A stretch of 64,000 bases of DNA, taken from the NCBI GenBank assembly GCA_964644665.1, contig CAZXXC010000002.1, positions 6,281-70,280 on the forward strand, written 5' to 3'. The notes below the pieces were generated by a model. That model was given only the letters and a program-made list of their open reading frames with translations. It ran no database searches and was not told where the DNA came from. Source of the stretch: an uncultured Methylococcaceae bacterium. GTDB lineage: Bacteria > Pseudomonadota > Gammaproteobacteria > Methylococcales > Methylococcaceae. Position numbers and translations under genes: made by a program. This document shows, in pieces, positions 40,027 through 50,380 of this stretch. Numbering within the stretch: the first letter of the stretch is position 1; every line of letters begins with the position of its first letter.

Positions 40027-40168
40027 TCACTGCGTTCCGCCCCGTCTGGAGGCGTCTGCAGATCCCTGCTCAGGGCTTGAACACCGTTCGTCGAGAACGG
40101 ACCGGCCGACGAAGCCGGGCGGGCATGGTCGCCACGACCCGCCGGCCCCCCTCGGTTAGGGGTATTCG

Positions 40169-40216
40169 GCACATTATCTTGTGCTTGACTCAAGCGATAC
40201 CACCATTTTATAGTAT
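40169..40216. promoter_or_regulatory. tandem NrdR-box-like operators
   Basis: GCACATTATCTTGTGC (40169-40184, palindromic arms) and CACCATTTTATAGTAT (40201-40216), 32 bp apart; both resemble acaCwAtATaTwGtg with 1-2 core mismatches. Confidence 0.45.
40185..40214 (+). promoter_or_regulatory. distal sigma70-type promoter upstream of the dcw cluster
   Basis: TTGACT-N18-TATAGT in an AT-rich patch. Confidence 0.55.
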
Positions 40217-40559
40217 CTGCGGTTCCTCTGGACATCCATTCCGCTCGCGGTCGGACAACTTGGTAATCGGTCCGATTCATCTCTCAGCCCAGCCAGGCTC
40301 ATGCCGCCCGGACACCACTCACCGGGCATGCCCAACACCCAATCTTCACCCATCGCCAAAACAACCCTTCGTTGCGGCGGTTCGGGTGTCTCGTGCCCGT
40401 TCGAACCGGCGTCCAAGCCGCCCTGCGGGTCCATCTGCTCGAAATCATAACATTCTGTATCAGAAAAGATTTTTGATCCATGCGGAGAGGTCGGCAGGAA
40501 GCGCCGTGCGATCCGGTTCAGCCACCGTGAAACCCTTCAACAAACCATGAAACTTCTGC

Positions 40560-40588
40560 TTGACTTCGATCAGACAGGTTCCTATAGT
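40560..40588 (+). promoter_or_regulatory. sigma70-type Pmra promoter
   Basis: TTGACT-N17-TATAGT, 55 nt before the mraZ start. Confidence 0.8.
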
Positions 40589-40595
40589 CGCTTCC

Positions 40596-40630
40596 GTGGA
40601 GAAAAGTGGGAATAAATGGAGAATCGTGGT
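40596..40630 (+). promoter_or_regulatory. MraZ-binding direct repeats (four boxes, 10-bp period)
   Basis: GTGGA (40596), GTGGG (40606), ATGGA (40616) and GTGGT (40626), just downstream of Pmra; matches known MraZ operator geometry. Confidence 0.8.
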
Positions 40631-40643
40631 GTAGGAGGGGGGA

Positions 40644-41102
40644 TTGTTCCGAGGTGTCAATGCCATCAATCTGGACGACAAAGGGCGGATGGCAATACCG
40701 ACGAAGTATCGTGCGGAGCTGCAAGAATGCTGCGACGGTCAAGTGGTCGTTACCATCGGTTTCGACAAGTGTCTCCTATTGTTTCCCCTCCCCACGTTCG
40801 AACAGTTCGAACACAAGCTGATGAAACTGCCGATGCTAGACTCGCGCGTCAAACGCGTGAAACGTCTGGTGGTCGGGCACGCGGCCGAGTGTGAGCTGGA
40901 CAGTCAGGGGCGTTTTCTGGTGCCGGAACTGCTGCGGCAGTTCGCCGGGTTCGAGAAACGCGTGGCGCTAGTCGGCCAGGGTACGGTGTTCGAAATCTGG
41001 AACGATGAACTGTGGAACCAGAGCCGAAACGCCTGGCACGACGTGGTGAGTCTTGAGGACTTGGGGGAACTGTCACCTGAACTCGGATCCCTCACGTTCT
41101 GA
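40644..41102 (+). CDS. mraZ: division/cell wall cluster repressor MraZ
   Basis: MFRG...LDDKGRMAIP and LDSQGRFLVP (two DxxGR motifs); TTG start. Confidence 0.96.
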   Translation: MFRGVNAINLDDKGRMAIPTKYRAELQECCDGQVVVTIGFDKCLLLFPLPTFEQFEHKLMKLPMLDSRVKRVKRLVVGHAAECELDSQGRFLVPELLRQFAGFEKRVALVGQGTVFEIWNDELWNQSRNAWHDVVSLEDLGELSPELGSLTF

Positions 41103-41130
41103 AAGTACGTTAGCGGAGTGCCATCGACCG

Positions 41131-42045
41131 GTGATGCTGGCCGAGGTGCTCGATGCGCTGGCGGTACAGCCGGGCGGGCGATATGTCGATTGCACGTTTG
41201 GACGCGGTGGGCACAGCCGCGCGGTACTCGATCGGCTCGGGAGAGACGGTCGTTTGCTGGCGTTGGACAAGGATGCCGATGCGGTCGGATCGTCTGCAGC
41301 GCTCAATTTGCTTCAGGATGAGCGGTTTTGCATTCGGCAGGCGAGTTACGCGGAACTGGCCGTGCAGGCCGAGGCGCTGGGGTGGCAGGGCCGGGTCGAC
41401 GGCGTATTGATGGATTTGGGTGTTTCGTCGCCTCAGCTGGACGAAGCGGAGCGGGGGTTCAGTTTCCTGCGTGACGGTCCGCTGGACATGCGGATGGACC
41501 GTACGAGGGGAGATACCGCGGCAGAATGGCTGCGGTCGGTCGGCGCGAGAGAGCTGGAGCAGGTGCTGCGGGAATTTGGCGAAGAACGTTATGCCCGGCG
41601 GGTCGCGAAGGCGATCGTTGCGCATCGTACCCGGGCCACGATCGTCACAACCGGGCAGCTCGCCGCGATTGTCGCTGCCGCGATACCCCGTTGGGAGAAA
41701 GGGCAGCACCCCGCGACCCGCTGTTTTCAGGCGATCCGGATTCGAGTGAATCAGGAATTGAGTGAGCTTCAGCAGGGCTTGACGCAGGCTGTCCGGGTCT
41801 TGCGGAGTGGAGGTCGGCTGGCGGTGATTGCATTCCATTCGCTCGAAGATCGGATCGTCAAACGGTTCATGCGCGCCGAAGCCCGGGGTGGACTCGCCGG
41901 CGACATACGCCATCATGCCGCCGATCCGGCGTTGCCGCGTTTGATGCGGATCGATGGTCCGCGCAAACCGGGCGAGGATGAAGTCCGGGACAATCCCCGT
42001 GCCCGCAGTGCGATTCTGCGGGTGGCGGAGAGGTTGCCGGTATGA
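41131..42045 (+). CDS. rsmH: 16S rRNA m4C1402 methyltransferase
   Basis: DCTFGRGGHS, DLGVSSPQLD, GPLDMRMD, HPATRCFQAIRI, FHSLEDRIVK and NPRARSA; start uncertain. Confidence 0.95.
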   Translation: MMLAEVLDALAVQPGGRYVDCTFGRGGHSRAVLDRLGRDGRLLALDKDADAVGSSAALNLLQDERFCIRQASYAELAVQAEALGWQGRVDGVLMDLGVSSPQLDEAERGFSFLRDGPLDMRMDRTRGDTAAEWLRSVGARELEQVLREFGEERYARRVAKAIVAHRTRATIVTTGQLAAIVAAAIPRWEKGQHPATRCFQAIRIRVNQELSELQQGLTQAVRVLRSGGRLAVIAFHSLEDRIVKRFMRAEARGGLAGDIRHHAADPALPRLMRIDGPRKPGEDEVRDNPRARSAILRVAERLPV

Positions 42046-42305
42046 GGATGACGCTGCTGTTGATCGTCGTGCTGGTTGGCTCGGCGCTGGGCGTGATCTA
42101 TGCGAAATATCGCTCGAGGATGCTATTTACGGAGATTCAAGGTTTGGAGCAGGCGTTGGAGTCTTACGACGTGGAGCTCGGCCAATTGCAACTGGAACAG
42201 AATACCTGGGCGGAACACAGCCGGATCGAACGGCTCGCGCGGACACGACTCGGCATGTCGTTGCCCGCCCGTGAGTCGATCATCTACATCACTGTACAGC
42301 ACTAG
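42042..42305 (+). CDS. ftsL: cell division protein FtsL
   Basis: TM helix plus coiled coil LQLEQ..HSRIERLAR..LGM; lies between rsmH and ftsI. Confidence 0.92.
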   Translation: MRMTLLLIVVLVGSALGVIYAKYRSRMLFTEIQGLEQALESYDVELGQLQLEQNTWAEHSRIERLARTRLGMSLPARESIIYITVQH

Positions 42306-42321
42306 TGTGGGTGGCAAGGTC

Positions 42322-44052
42322 ATGATGATTTATCCTCACGCAGATCGCAATTCACGCGACGATGACTATGCGGGACGCTGGCGTTTTCTGCTTGCCGCGA
42401 TCCTGATTGGTATGCTGGTGCTGGTGGGCCGCGCATCGTTCCTGCAGGTGTTCGATCGGCAGTTCCTGCAGCATGAGGGGAAATCGCGGCACGTCGGGGT
42501 CATGCCGATCGCGGCTCATCGCGGCCGGGTACTCGATCGCAACGGGGAACTGCTGGCCATCAGCAGTCCGGTGAAGTCGATCTGGGCCAACCCCAAGGAG
42601 TTTCGGCCCGACGAACAGCAACTGCGAATGATGGCAGGGATCCTGGGCGTGACGGTGGGCGATATCCGTGCCCGGATGGAGGCGGAAGCCGGAAGGACGT
42701 TCACGTTTCTGAAACGTCGGATCAGTCCCGAATTCGCCGATCGGATTCTGTCGCTCGGTATTCCCGGCGTGTATGCCGATCGGGAATATCAGCGCTACTA
42801 CCCCAGCGGTGAGGTGACCGCGCACGTCATCGGTTTCACCAATATCGACGACAAGGGTCAGGAAGGTATCGAGTACAGTTACGACGACGTCCTGCGGGGA
42901 GTAGAGGGCGACCGAAGGATTCTTCGGGACGGCCGTCGCCGGATCATCGAGGACCTCGAGGTGGTTCGCGAACCCGTGGCCGGCCGTGACGTCAGGCTGT
43001 CGATCGATCAGCGTCTGCAATATCTGGCTTACCGGGAGTTGAAGAAGGCGGTCATCAAGCATCGGGCGCGATCGGGCAGTCTGGTGCTGCTCGATGCCGA
43101 AAACGGCGACGTGCTGGCGATGGTGAACCAGCCGTCGTTCAACCCCAACAGCCACAAAGCGATCAAGAGCGGAGTGTTCCGCAATCGCGCGATCACGGAT
43201 CTGTTCGAGCCCGGTTCGACGATGAAACCGTTCGCCGTGGCCTGCGGTTTGGAACTCGGGCTGTTCAGGCCGGACACGGTGATCAATACCAGTCCCGGTT
43301 CGCTGCGGGTCGGTTCCAATGTGGTCAAGGACATTCACAATTACGGCGTGCTGGATGTGACCAAGATCATTCAGAAGTCGAGCAATGTGGGCGTGACCAA
43401 GATCGCACTGGCGATTCCGGCGCCGAAGTTCTTCGCCTTTTACAACAATCTCGGTTTCGGACAGCCGCTGGACACCGGATTCCCCGGCGAAGCCGTCGGG
43501 CGCCTGCCGCATCATCGCAACTGGAATCATTTTGCCCAGGCCACGCTTTCATTCGGCTACGGCGTGTCGGCCTCCACACTGCAAATGGCGAGGGCCTATC
43601 TGGCTTTCGCGAAGGACGGAACCGTTCCGGCGGTCTCTCTGTTGCGGCGCAATGAAAGCCCGAAAGTGTATCCGGTGATGTCAGCCAAGACAGCCGCCGC
43701 GTTACGCACGATGTTGGAGCGGGTGGTGACGCGGGAAGGAACGGCCTATCAGGCGGCCGTGCCGGGTTACCGGGTCGCCGGAAAAACCGGCACCGTGAAG
43801 AAGAATTCAGGTCACGGCTATACCTCGGGGCTGCACATGGCCGTATTTGCCGGTATGGCGCCGGCGAGCAACCCCCGGCTGGTGATGGTGGTCATGATCG
43901 ATGAACCGTCCGCCGGCCAGTTTTACGGCGGCGTGGTTTCGGCGCCGGTTTTCTCCAGCGTGATGGAAGGTGCGCTCCGGCTGCTGAACGTGCCGCCGGA
44001 CCAGCCGGACTCGATGCCGTTGTTGACCGCACAGGGAGAAGGCCCGCTGTGA
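42322..44052 (+). CDS. ftsI: penicillin-binding protein 3
   Basis: RGRVLDRNG, EPGSTMK (SxxK), SSN and KTGT. Confidence 0.96.
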   Translation: MMIYPHADRNSRDDDYAGRWRFLLAAILIGMLVLVGRASFLQVFDRQFLQHEGKSRHVGVMPIAAHRGRVLDRNGELLAISSPVKSIWANPKEFRPDEQQLRMMAGILGVTVGDIRARMEAEAGRTFTFLKRRISPEFADRILSLGIPGVYADREYQRYYPSGEVTAHVIGFTNIDDKGQEGIEYSYDDVLRGVEGDRRILRDGRRRIIEDLEVVREPVAGRDVRLSIDQRLQYLAYRELKKAVIKHRARSGSLVLLDAENGDVLAMVNQPSFNPNSHKAIKSGVFRNRAITDLFEPGSTMKPFAVACGLELGLFRPDTVINTSPGSLRVGSNVVKDIHNYGVLDVTKIIQKSSNVGVTKIALAIPAPKFFAFYNNLGFGQPLDTGFPGEAVGRLPHHRNWNHFAQATLSFGYGVSASTLQMARAYLAFAKDGTVPAVSLLRRNESPKVYPVMSAKTAAALRTMLERVVTREGTAYQAAVPGYRVAGKTGTVKKNSGHGYTSGLHMAVFAGMAPASNPRLVMVVMIDEPSAGQFYGGVVSAPVFSSVMEGALRLLNVPPDQPDSMPLLTAQGEGPL

Positions 44053-45569
44053 CGGTACATCCATCCGCCAGACCGGGATATCCGCTGGGCAAGTTACTGT
44101 CCGGCTTTGCCGATCCGGGTACGGCCGACACGGTGGTGGTGCACGGGCTCAGCCTCGACAGCCGGACGATGCGTCCCGGCGACCTGTTCTGCGCCATCGC
44201 CGGCCATCAGGGGCACGGCCTCCAATATCGGCATCAGATCGTTCGGCGCGGGGCGTGTGCGATCCTGTACGATCCACACGGAGGCGGGCACGAATTGGCT
44301 CGCGGATGCACCGAGATTCGGTGCATCCCGGTCGAATCGCTACAGCAAAAGGTCGGCTATATCGCCGACCGTTTTTTTGATCAGCCGTCCCGCGATCTGG
44401 ATGTGATCGCCGTGACCGGCACCAACGGCAAGACCTCGTGCAGCCATTTCCTGGCTCACGCCTTGTCCGGTCCACGACCCGCAGCGGTCATCGGCACGTT
44501 GGGCTGGGGGCTGCCCGGGCGACTGCACGCGACCGAGCAGACGACGCCGGACGCCATCCAGGTGCACGCCATCCTGTCCGAGTTGCGCGCCGGTTCGGTG
44601 GCGACGGTCGCGGTTGAGGCGTCATCTCACGGACTGGTGCAGGGCCGGCTGAACGGCGTTCGTATCCGCTCCGCGCTCTATACCAATATCACCCGTGACC
44701 ACCTCGACTACCACGGAACTCTGGAGGCCTATGTCGAAGCGAAGATGCGGCTGTTGGACTTTCCCGCCGTTGAATCGCTGGTATTGAATGCGGACGATGC
44801 GCTCACTCGGAGAATCGCGGACCGGGTGCCGGCGACTCTCAACGTCACTGCTTTCAGTGCGTCCGGTTGCCCCCATCCGCGGGTGCCGACCGTCTGCTGT
44901 GTCGAAGGGATCGAACAGGATCAGGACGGTATCCGGATGGAAGTCAGGTTCCAAGGGAGCGTCGCCGAGGTTCGGGCGCCGGTCTTCGGGGATTACAACG
45001 CTGAAAACATTCTCGGTACGCTGAGTGTCTTGTTGGGGATGGGCTATGGGCTTGCGGAAGCGGCCGAGCGGGTGGGGAAGGTGCGGCCGGTCCCCGGCCG
45101 GATGGAACACATGTGCAGCGTAGACGGCGTGACGGCGGTGGTGGATTATGCGCACACGCCCGACGCGCTCGATCGTGTGCTGCAGACGCTCCGAGCGCAT
45201 TGCCGGCGGCGGCTATGGGTCGTGTTCGGTTGCGGCGGCGAGCGCGATCGGGGTAAACGGCCGCTGATGGGGCAAGCCGCGGAACGCTGGGCGGATCGCG
45301 TGGTCGTGACCGACGACAACCCGCGCCACGAGGATGGTGATGCGATCGTCGCCGACATCCTGTCCGGCTGCAACCGCAGGGACATCACGGTACAGCGTGA
45401 CCGTTGGCAGGCGATACGGTTCGCGATCCAGTCCGCCGAGCCGCAGGATCTGGTGCTGGTAGCGGGGAAAGGCCATGAGCGCGTGCAGGACATCGGTTCT
45501 GCGCGGCTTCCGTTCGACGATCGGGAAGTGGTCAGGAGCGTGATTGGCGCTCGGGCGGGCGCAGCATGA
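44049..45569 (+). CDS. murE: UDP-MurNAc-Ala-Glu--meso-DAP ligase
   Basis: [37 protein letters not shown] (DAP-specific) and AGKGHE. Confidence 0.96.
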   Translation: MTVHPSARPGYPLGKLLSGFADPGTADTVVVHGLSLDSRTMRPGDLFCAIAGHQGHGLQYRHQIVRRGACAILYDPHGGGHELARGCTEIRCIPVESLQQKVGYIADRFFDQPSRDLDVIAVTGTNGKTSCSHFLAHALSGPRPAAVIGTLGWGLPGRLHATEQTTPDAIQVHAILSELRAGSVATVAVEASSHGLVQGRLNGVRIRSALYTNITRDHLDYHGTLEAYVEAKMRLLDFPAVESLVLNADDALTRRIADRVPATLNVTAFSASGCPHPRVPTVCCVEGIEQDQDGIRMEVRFQGSVAEVRAPVFGDYNAENILGTLSVLLGMGYGLAEAAERVGKVRPVPGRMEHMCSVDGVTAVVDYAHTPDALDRVLQTLRAHCRRRLWVVFGCGGERDRGKRPLMGQAAERWADRVVVTDDNPRHEDGDAIVADILSGCNRRDITVQRDRWQAIRFAIQSAEPQDLVLVAGKGHERVQDIGSARLPFDDREVVRSVIGARAGAA

Positions 45570-45654
45570 CCCGCTTCGCACGTGCCCTGGGAGTCGCAGG
45601 ACGGCGGCACGACCCGATCGAACGGCCGGCAGACGGTGCGACGGAGGCCGCCGG

Positions 45655-46737
45655 ATGCTGCTGAATCTCGCTCGCTGGCTCGAAGTTCACTTCGACTTCT
45701 TCCGGGTTTTTCACTACCTGACCTTCCGGGGAATCCTCGGTGTTCTGACCGCACTGGTCATTTCGTTCGTGGTCGGGCCGGTGATGATCCGGCGCTTGAG
45801 CCGCTACAAGATCGGGCAGAGCATCCGCGAAGACGGACCGCAGAGCCACTTCTCGAAGGCGGGTACGCCGACCATGGGCGGCGCGCTGATCCTGGTGTCG
45901 ATCGCCGTCAGTACGCTGCTATGGGGCGATCTGACGAATCGCTATGTCTGGACCGTGCTGCTGACGACCATCGCGTTCGGACTGATCGGTTTCGTCGACG
46001 ATTACAAGAAGCTGGTTCTGCGCAATAGCAAAGGGCTCGCCGCGCGGCATAAGTACCTATGGCAGTCCGTGTTCGGCTTCTCGGCTGCGGTGTTTCTCTA
46101 CGCGACGGCCAGCCTGCCGGTCGAGACGCATTACATCGTGCCGTTCTTCAAGCAGGTCGTGATCGACCTCGGCGCCGGTTATGTGCTGTTCACGTATCTG
46201 GTGATCGTCGGTTCGAGCAACGCGGTGAACCTGACCGACGGTCTCGACGGTCTCGCGATCCTGCCCACGGTGCTGGTCGGCGGTGCGTTGGGAATCTTCG
46301 CCTACGTCTCCGGCAATGCCAACTTTGCGGACTATCTCGGTATACCGTTCGTGCCCAAGGTGGGGGAGTTGGTCGTTTTCTCCGGTGCGCTGGTCGGAGC
46401 GGGGCTCGGGTTCCTGTGGTTCAACGCCTATCCGGCCCAGGTGTTCATGGGCGATGTCGGCGCCCTGGCGTTGGGTGCTGCGCTCGGTGTGATGGCCGTG
46501 CTGGTCCGTCAGGAAATCGTGCTGATGGTGATGGGCGGCGTGTTCGTGATGGAAACCGTCTCGGTGGTGCTGCAGGTGTTGTCGTTCAAGATGACCGGTA
46601 AGAGAATCTTCCGGATGGCGCCGCTGCATCATCATTTTGAATTGAAGGGATGGCCGGAGCCGCGCGTGATCGTCCGCTTCTGGATCGTGACCGTGATTCT
46701 GGTCTTGATTGGGCTGGCGACCTTGAAGCTGCGTTGA
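45655..46737 (+). CDS. mraY: phospho-MurNAc-pentapeptide transferase
   Basis: [32 protein letters not shown] and [10 protein letters not shown]; GGAGG RBS before ATG 45655. Confidence 0.97.
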   Translation: MLLNLARWLEVHFDFFRVFHYLTFRGILGVLTALVISFVVGPVMIRRLSRYKIGQSIREDGPQSHFSKAGTPTMGGALILVSIAVSTLLWGDLTNRYVWTVLLTTIAFGLIGFVDDYKKLVLRNSKGLAARHKYLWQSVFGFSAAVFLYATASLPVETHYIVPFFKQVVIDLGAGYVLFTYLVIVGSSNAVNLTDGLDGLAILPTVLVGGALGIFAYVSGNANFADYLGIPFVPKVGELVVFSGALVGAGLGFLWFNAYPAQVFMGDVGALALGAALGVMAVLVRQEIVLMVMGGVFVMETVSVVLQVLSFKMTGKRIFRMAPLHHHFELKGWPEPRVIVRFWIVTVILVLIGLATLKLR

Positions 46738-46740
46738 GTC

Positions 46741-48126
46741 ATGAATGCCCTAATGCCGACCGGAACCCGGCGCTTTGGCAATCTCGAACCGCTTGGGCTC
46801 GATGATCGCTCGCGCGCGCTGATCGTCGGCTTGGGCAAGACGGGGCTTTCGGTGGCCCGCAGGCTGGCCGGAGAGGGAATCCGGTTCGCCGTGGTCGACA
46901 GCCGCGAAGCGCCGCCGGGTCTGGATGAACTGCGGGAAAGCCTCCCCGACGCCGGTGTGTTCCTCGGCAGTTTCGACGAACGAGCGTTCCTGGCGGCCAC
47001 CCATCTGTTCGTGAGTCCCGGGGTCCCGCTGGATCTGCCGCCGGTCCGGGACGCCGCCGCGCGCGGCGCCCGAATCCTCGGCGATGTCGACCTGTTCGCG
47101 TGCCAGGCCAAGGCGCCGGTCATCGGCATTACGGGGTCGAACGGCAAGAGCACGGTCACCACGCTGTTGGGACGCATGGCGGAACTGGCCGGGTGCCGTT
47201 GCCGGGTCGGCGGGAACTTGGGCACGCCGATGCTGGACTTGGTGGAACCGAGCGCGGAACTGTACGTGCTCGAGCTGTCCAGTTTCCAGTTGGAACGGTC
47301 GATGTTGCTCGACTGCGCTGCTGCGACCGTGCTGAACGTCACGCCGGACCATATGGATCGCTACGCTGATCTGGACCGTTACGCGGCGGCAAAGGCGCGC
47401 ATTTTCTGCGGCCATGGGACCATGGTTCTCAATCGTGACGATCCGCTGGTGGCGCAGATGGTCGAGCCGGAACGGCGATGCCTGTGGTTCGGATTGCAGG
47501 ACGACCCCACACTCGATTTCCGCCTCGCATCGTGGGGTGGCGAGGATTGGCTGCTGGTCGGGGACGATCCCTTGCTGGCTGCTGGGGAAGTGCGTATCCG
47601 CGGCCGCCACAATCTCAGCAATGCGCTGGCGGCACTCGCCCTGGGCAGCGCGGCCGGACTGGCGCGCCCGGCGATGGTCGAAGCACTCCGCAGCTTTCCG
47701 GGCTTGGCGCACCGAATGCAATGGGTGGCCGAAATTCAGGGCGTCACGTACATCAACGATTCGAAAGCGACCAACGTGGGCGCCTGCATGGCGGCGCTGG
47801 CCGGTCTGGACGAGAAGGCGGTGTTGATCGCCGGCGGCGACGGCAAGGGAGCCGATTTCTCGGGACTGGTACCGCTCGCAGCGGAGAAGGTGCGAGCGGC
47901 GGTATTGATGGGTCGGGACGCGCCGTTGCTGGAAAAGGTCCTGCGCGACGTGGTGCCGGTCACGCGGGTAGCCAACATGCGGGAGGCGGTCGCCGCGGCC
48001 CGTGCGCTGGCGCGACCGGGAGACTCGGTGCTGCTGGCTCCGGCCTGTGCCAGCCTCGATCAATACCGGGATTATCAGGAACGGGGACAAGTGTTCATCG
48101 ATGCGGTGAGGAGTCTGTCGCCATGA
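46741..48126 (+). CDS. murD: UDP-MurNAc-L-Ala--D-Glu ligase
   Basis: GLGKTG, TGSNGKSTVT, ELSSFQL, DHMDRY, NDSKATN and PACASLD. Confidence 0.96.
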   Translation: MNALMPTGTRRFGNLEPLGLDDRSRALIVGLGKTGLSVARRLAGEGIRFAVVDSREAPPGLDELRESLPDAGVFLGSFDERAFLAATHLFVSPGVPLDLPPVRDAAARGARILGDVDLFACQAKAPVIGITGSNGKSTVTTLLGRMAELAGCRCRVGGNLGTPMLDLVEPSAELYVLELSSFQLERSMLLDCAAATVLNVTPDHMDRYADLDRYAAAKARIFCGHGTMVLNRDDPLVAQMVEPERRCLWFGLQDDPTLDFRLASWGGEDWLLVGDDPLLAAGEVRIRGRHNLSNALAALALGSAAGLARPAMVEALRSFPGLAHRMQWVAEIQGVTYINDSKATNVGACMAALAGLDEKAVLIAGGDGKGADFSGLVPLAAEKVRAAVLMGRDAPLLEKVLRDVVPVTRVANMREAVAAARALARPGDSVLLAPACASLDQYRDYQERGQVFIDAVRSLSP

Positions 48127-49325
48127 GCCAGGTGATTGCGTCAAAGCGGAGCAGGGGGCTGGTGCTGACCTGGGGTCAGAACCGATTCTACGTCGATACG
48201 ATGTTGTTGCTGGCGGCTGCCGGCCTTTTGATTCTCGGCTTCATTATGGTTTCGTCGGCGTCCCTGCACCTGGGCGAGAAGCTCGCCGACGACAGCTTCT
48301 TTTTTCCGAAGCACCAGTTCGTTCACATCGGGGTCGGGGTCGTCGCGGCCAGCGTGGTCGCGTGTATTCGCCTCGATGCCTGGGAGAAGTCTTCGCTGAT
48401 GCTGCTGGCCTTCGGTCTGGTGCTGCTGGTCGTGGTGCTGATCCCTGGGCTCGGGACCAAGGTCAACGGCGCAACCCGATGGCTCAGCCTGTTCGGTTTG
48501 CGCATCCAGGTTTCCGAGGTGTTCAAGTTGCTGTCGGTCGTGTATGTGGCGAGCTATCTCAATCGGCACCTGCACACCGTTCGAACGTCCGTCTACGGCA
48601 TGCTCTATCCGCTGCTTCTGCTGTCGGTGGGTTGTCTGTTGCTGCTGCTTGAACCGGACTTCGGGGCGTTTGCGGTGCTGATGGCGACTGCGCTGGGGAT
48701 GCTGTTTCTGGGCGGTGCGCGGCTATGGCCTTTCGGTGTACTGATGGGTCTGGTCGTGCTTTCCGGGGTGGTGCTGATCTTTGCGGCCGAGTATCGGATC
48801 AAGCGGGTGCTCAGCTTCCTCGATCCGTGGGCCGATCCCCTCAACACCGGCTTCCAGTTGACCCAGGCGCTGATCGCGTTTGGTCGCGGCGAGTGGACCG
48901 GAGTCGGACTGGGCTCGAGTGTGCAGAAGCTGTTCTATCTGCCGGAAGCGCACACCGACTTTCTGTTCTCGGTGATCGGTGAGGAACTGGGACTATTGGG
49001 GGCCTGTGCCGTGATTCTGCTGTTTAGCGTGATCGTCTGGCGCGCGTTCGTGATCGGCCAGATGGCGGAACGGCAGGACATGCGCTTTGCGGCCTTTCTG
49101 GCGTACGGCATCGGTATCTGGTTCGGATTGCAGGCATTCATCAACATGGGCGTCAATATGGGAATGCTTCCTACCAAAGGTCTGACCTTGCCGTTGATGA
49201 GTTACGGTGGTGGCAGCATGATCGTGACTTGTGCTGCGCTGGCGTTGTTATTGCGTGTGCGCTCGGAGGCGCTGGAACGACGCTACAGTGGATCGAGGAT
49301 GCGCACCACATGGGTACGCGCGTAG
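48123..49325 (+). CDS. ftsW: SEDS peptidoglycan polymerase FtsW
   Basis: NGATRW, QVSE, EPDFG, LPEAHTDF, GEELG and PLMSYGG; ATGA overlap with the murD stop. Confidence 0.96.
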   Translation: MSQVIASKRSRGLVLTWGQNRFYVDTMLLLAAAGLLILGFIMVSSASLHLGEKLADDSFFFPKHQFVHIGVGVVAASVVACIRLDAWEKSSLMLLAFGLVLLVVVLIPGLGTKVNGATRWLSLFGLRIQVSEVFKLLSVVYVASYLNRHLHTVRTSVYGMLYPLLLLSVGCLLLLLEPDFGAFAVLMATALGMLFLGGARLWPFGVLMGLVVLSGVVLIFAAEYRIKRVLSFLDPWADPLNTGFQLTQALIAFGRGEWTGVGLGSSVQKLFYLPEAHTDFLFSVIGEELGLLGACAVILLFSVIVWRAFVIGQMAERQDMRFAAFLAYGIGIWFGLQAFINMGVNMGMLPTKGLTLPLMSYGGGSMIVTCAALALLLRVRSEALERRYSGSRMRTTWVRA

Positions 49326-50380
49326 TCGTCATGGCCGGCGGCACCGGTGGGCATGTCTATCCGGCTTTGGCCGTGGCCGAGGATCTGCGTGCCGAGGGTT
49401 GCGTGGTCACCTGGCTGGGTACCCGCAAGGGTCTCGAAGCACGCGTGGTGCCGGACGCAGGTTTCCCGTTGGATCCGGTAGCGGTGGCCGGTATCCGCGG
49501 CAAAGCCTGGTACCGACGCCTGCTGGGACCATTTCTGCTGTTGCTGGCGTGCGCTCAGGTGTTGCGGATTTTTATGCGGCGCCGGCCGCAAGTGGTGCTG
49601 GGCATGGGGGGCTTCGTCGCGGGACCGGGGGGGCTTATGGCACGACTCTTGGGTATTCCGCTGGTGATCCATGAACAGAATCGCATTCCCGGAACGACCA
49701 ATCGCTGGCTTGCCAAGTTCGCCGACAGGGTGCTCGAGGCATTTCCCGGTGCGTTCGCGCCCAAAGTTGGGGCAACGTGTACCGGAAATCCGTTGCGGCG
49801 TACGCTGGCCGATGCGGACGGGCAGCGCCGGACGCGTCGCCCGGACGAGCCGCTGCGCGTGCTGGTTCTGGGCGGCAGCCAGGGAGCGAGGGCATTGAAT
49901 CTGATCGTGCCTGAAGCGGTGGCGAAACTGCAGATTCCGGTAGAAGTGCGTCATCAGACCGGGACCGCGATGCGCGATGAAACCGGGGCGCGCTATCGAG
50001 CGGCGGGGGTGTCCGCCACGGTCGACGCGTTCATCGACGACATGGCCGAGGCTTACCGGTGGGCCGACGTCGCGGTGTGTCGCGCCGGTGCGATGACGCT
50101 CAGCGAATTGACTGCGGCCGGCTTGCCTGCGGTGATGGTGCCGTTCCCGTATGCGATCGACGACCACCAGACCGCGAATGCCCGGTTTGTCGAGGATGCG
50201 GGAGGCGGGCTTTGTATTCCGCAGACGGCGCTGAACGCAGATCGACTGGCGGCAGAGTTACACGGGTTTTGGACCGATCCCGATCGACTCCAGCGTATGA
50301 GTGAACGGCTAAGCGGCCTGGCCAGAAGGGACGCATCCGAACGGGTGGCAGCCGTGTGTCTGCAGGCGGTGTTGCGGTGA
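49310..50380 (+). CDS. murG: undecaprenyl-PP-MurNAc-pentapeptide GlcNAc transferase
   Basis: [25 protein letters not shown] and DDHQTANA. Confidence 0.96.
   Translation: MGTRVVVMAGGTGGHVYPALAVAEDLRAEGCVVTWLGTRKGLEARVVPDAGFPLDPVAVAGIRGKAWYRRLLGPFLLLLACAQVLRIFMRRRPQVVLGMGGFVAGPGGLMARLLGIPLVIHEQNRIPGTTNRWLAKFADRVLEAFPGAFAPKVGATCTGNPLRRTLADADGQRRTRRPDEPLRVLVLGGSQGARALNLIVPEAVAKLQIPVEVRHQTGTAMRDETGARYRAAGVSATVDAFIDDMAEAYRWADVAVCRAGAMTLSELTAAGLPAVMVPFPYAIDDHQTANARFVEDAGGGLCIPQTALNADRLAAELHGFWTDPDRLQRMSERLSGLARRDASERVAAVCLQAVLR

Noticed and set aside
40596-40630. 10-bp periodic repeats as a novel element or CRISPR remnant
   Set aside because: Explained as the known MraZ operator; too short and without spacers
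40027-40643. RNase P RNA (rnpB), which often precedes mraZ
   Set aside because: No GAGGAAAGUCC or AAxACAGAA..CGGCUUA-type conserved segments found on either strand
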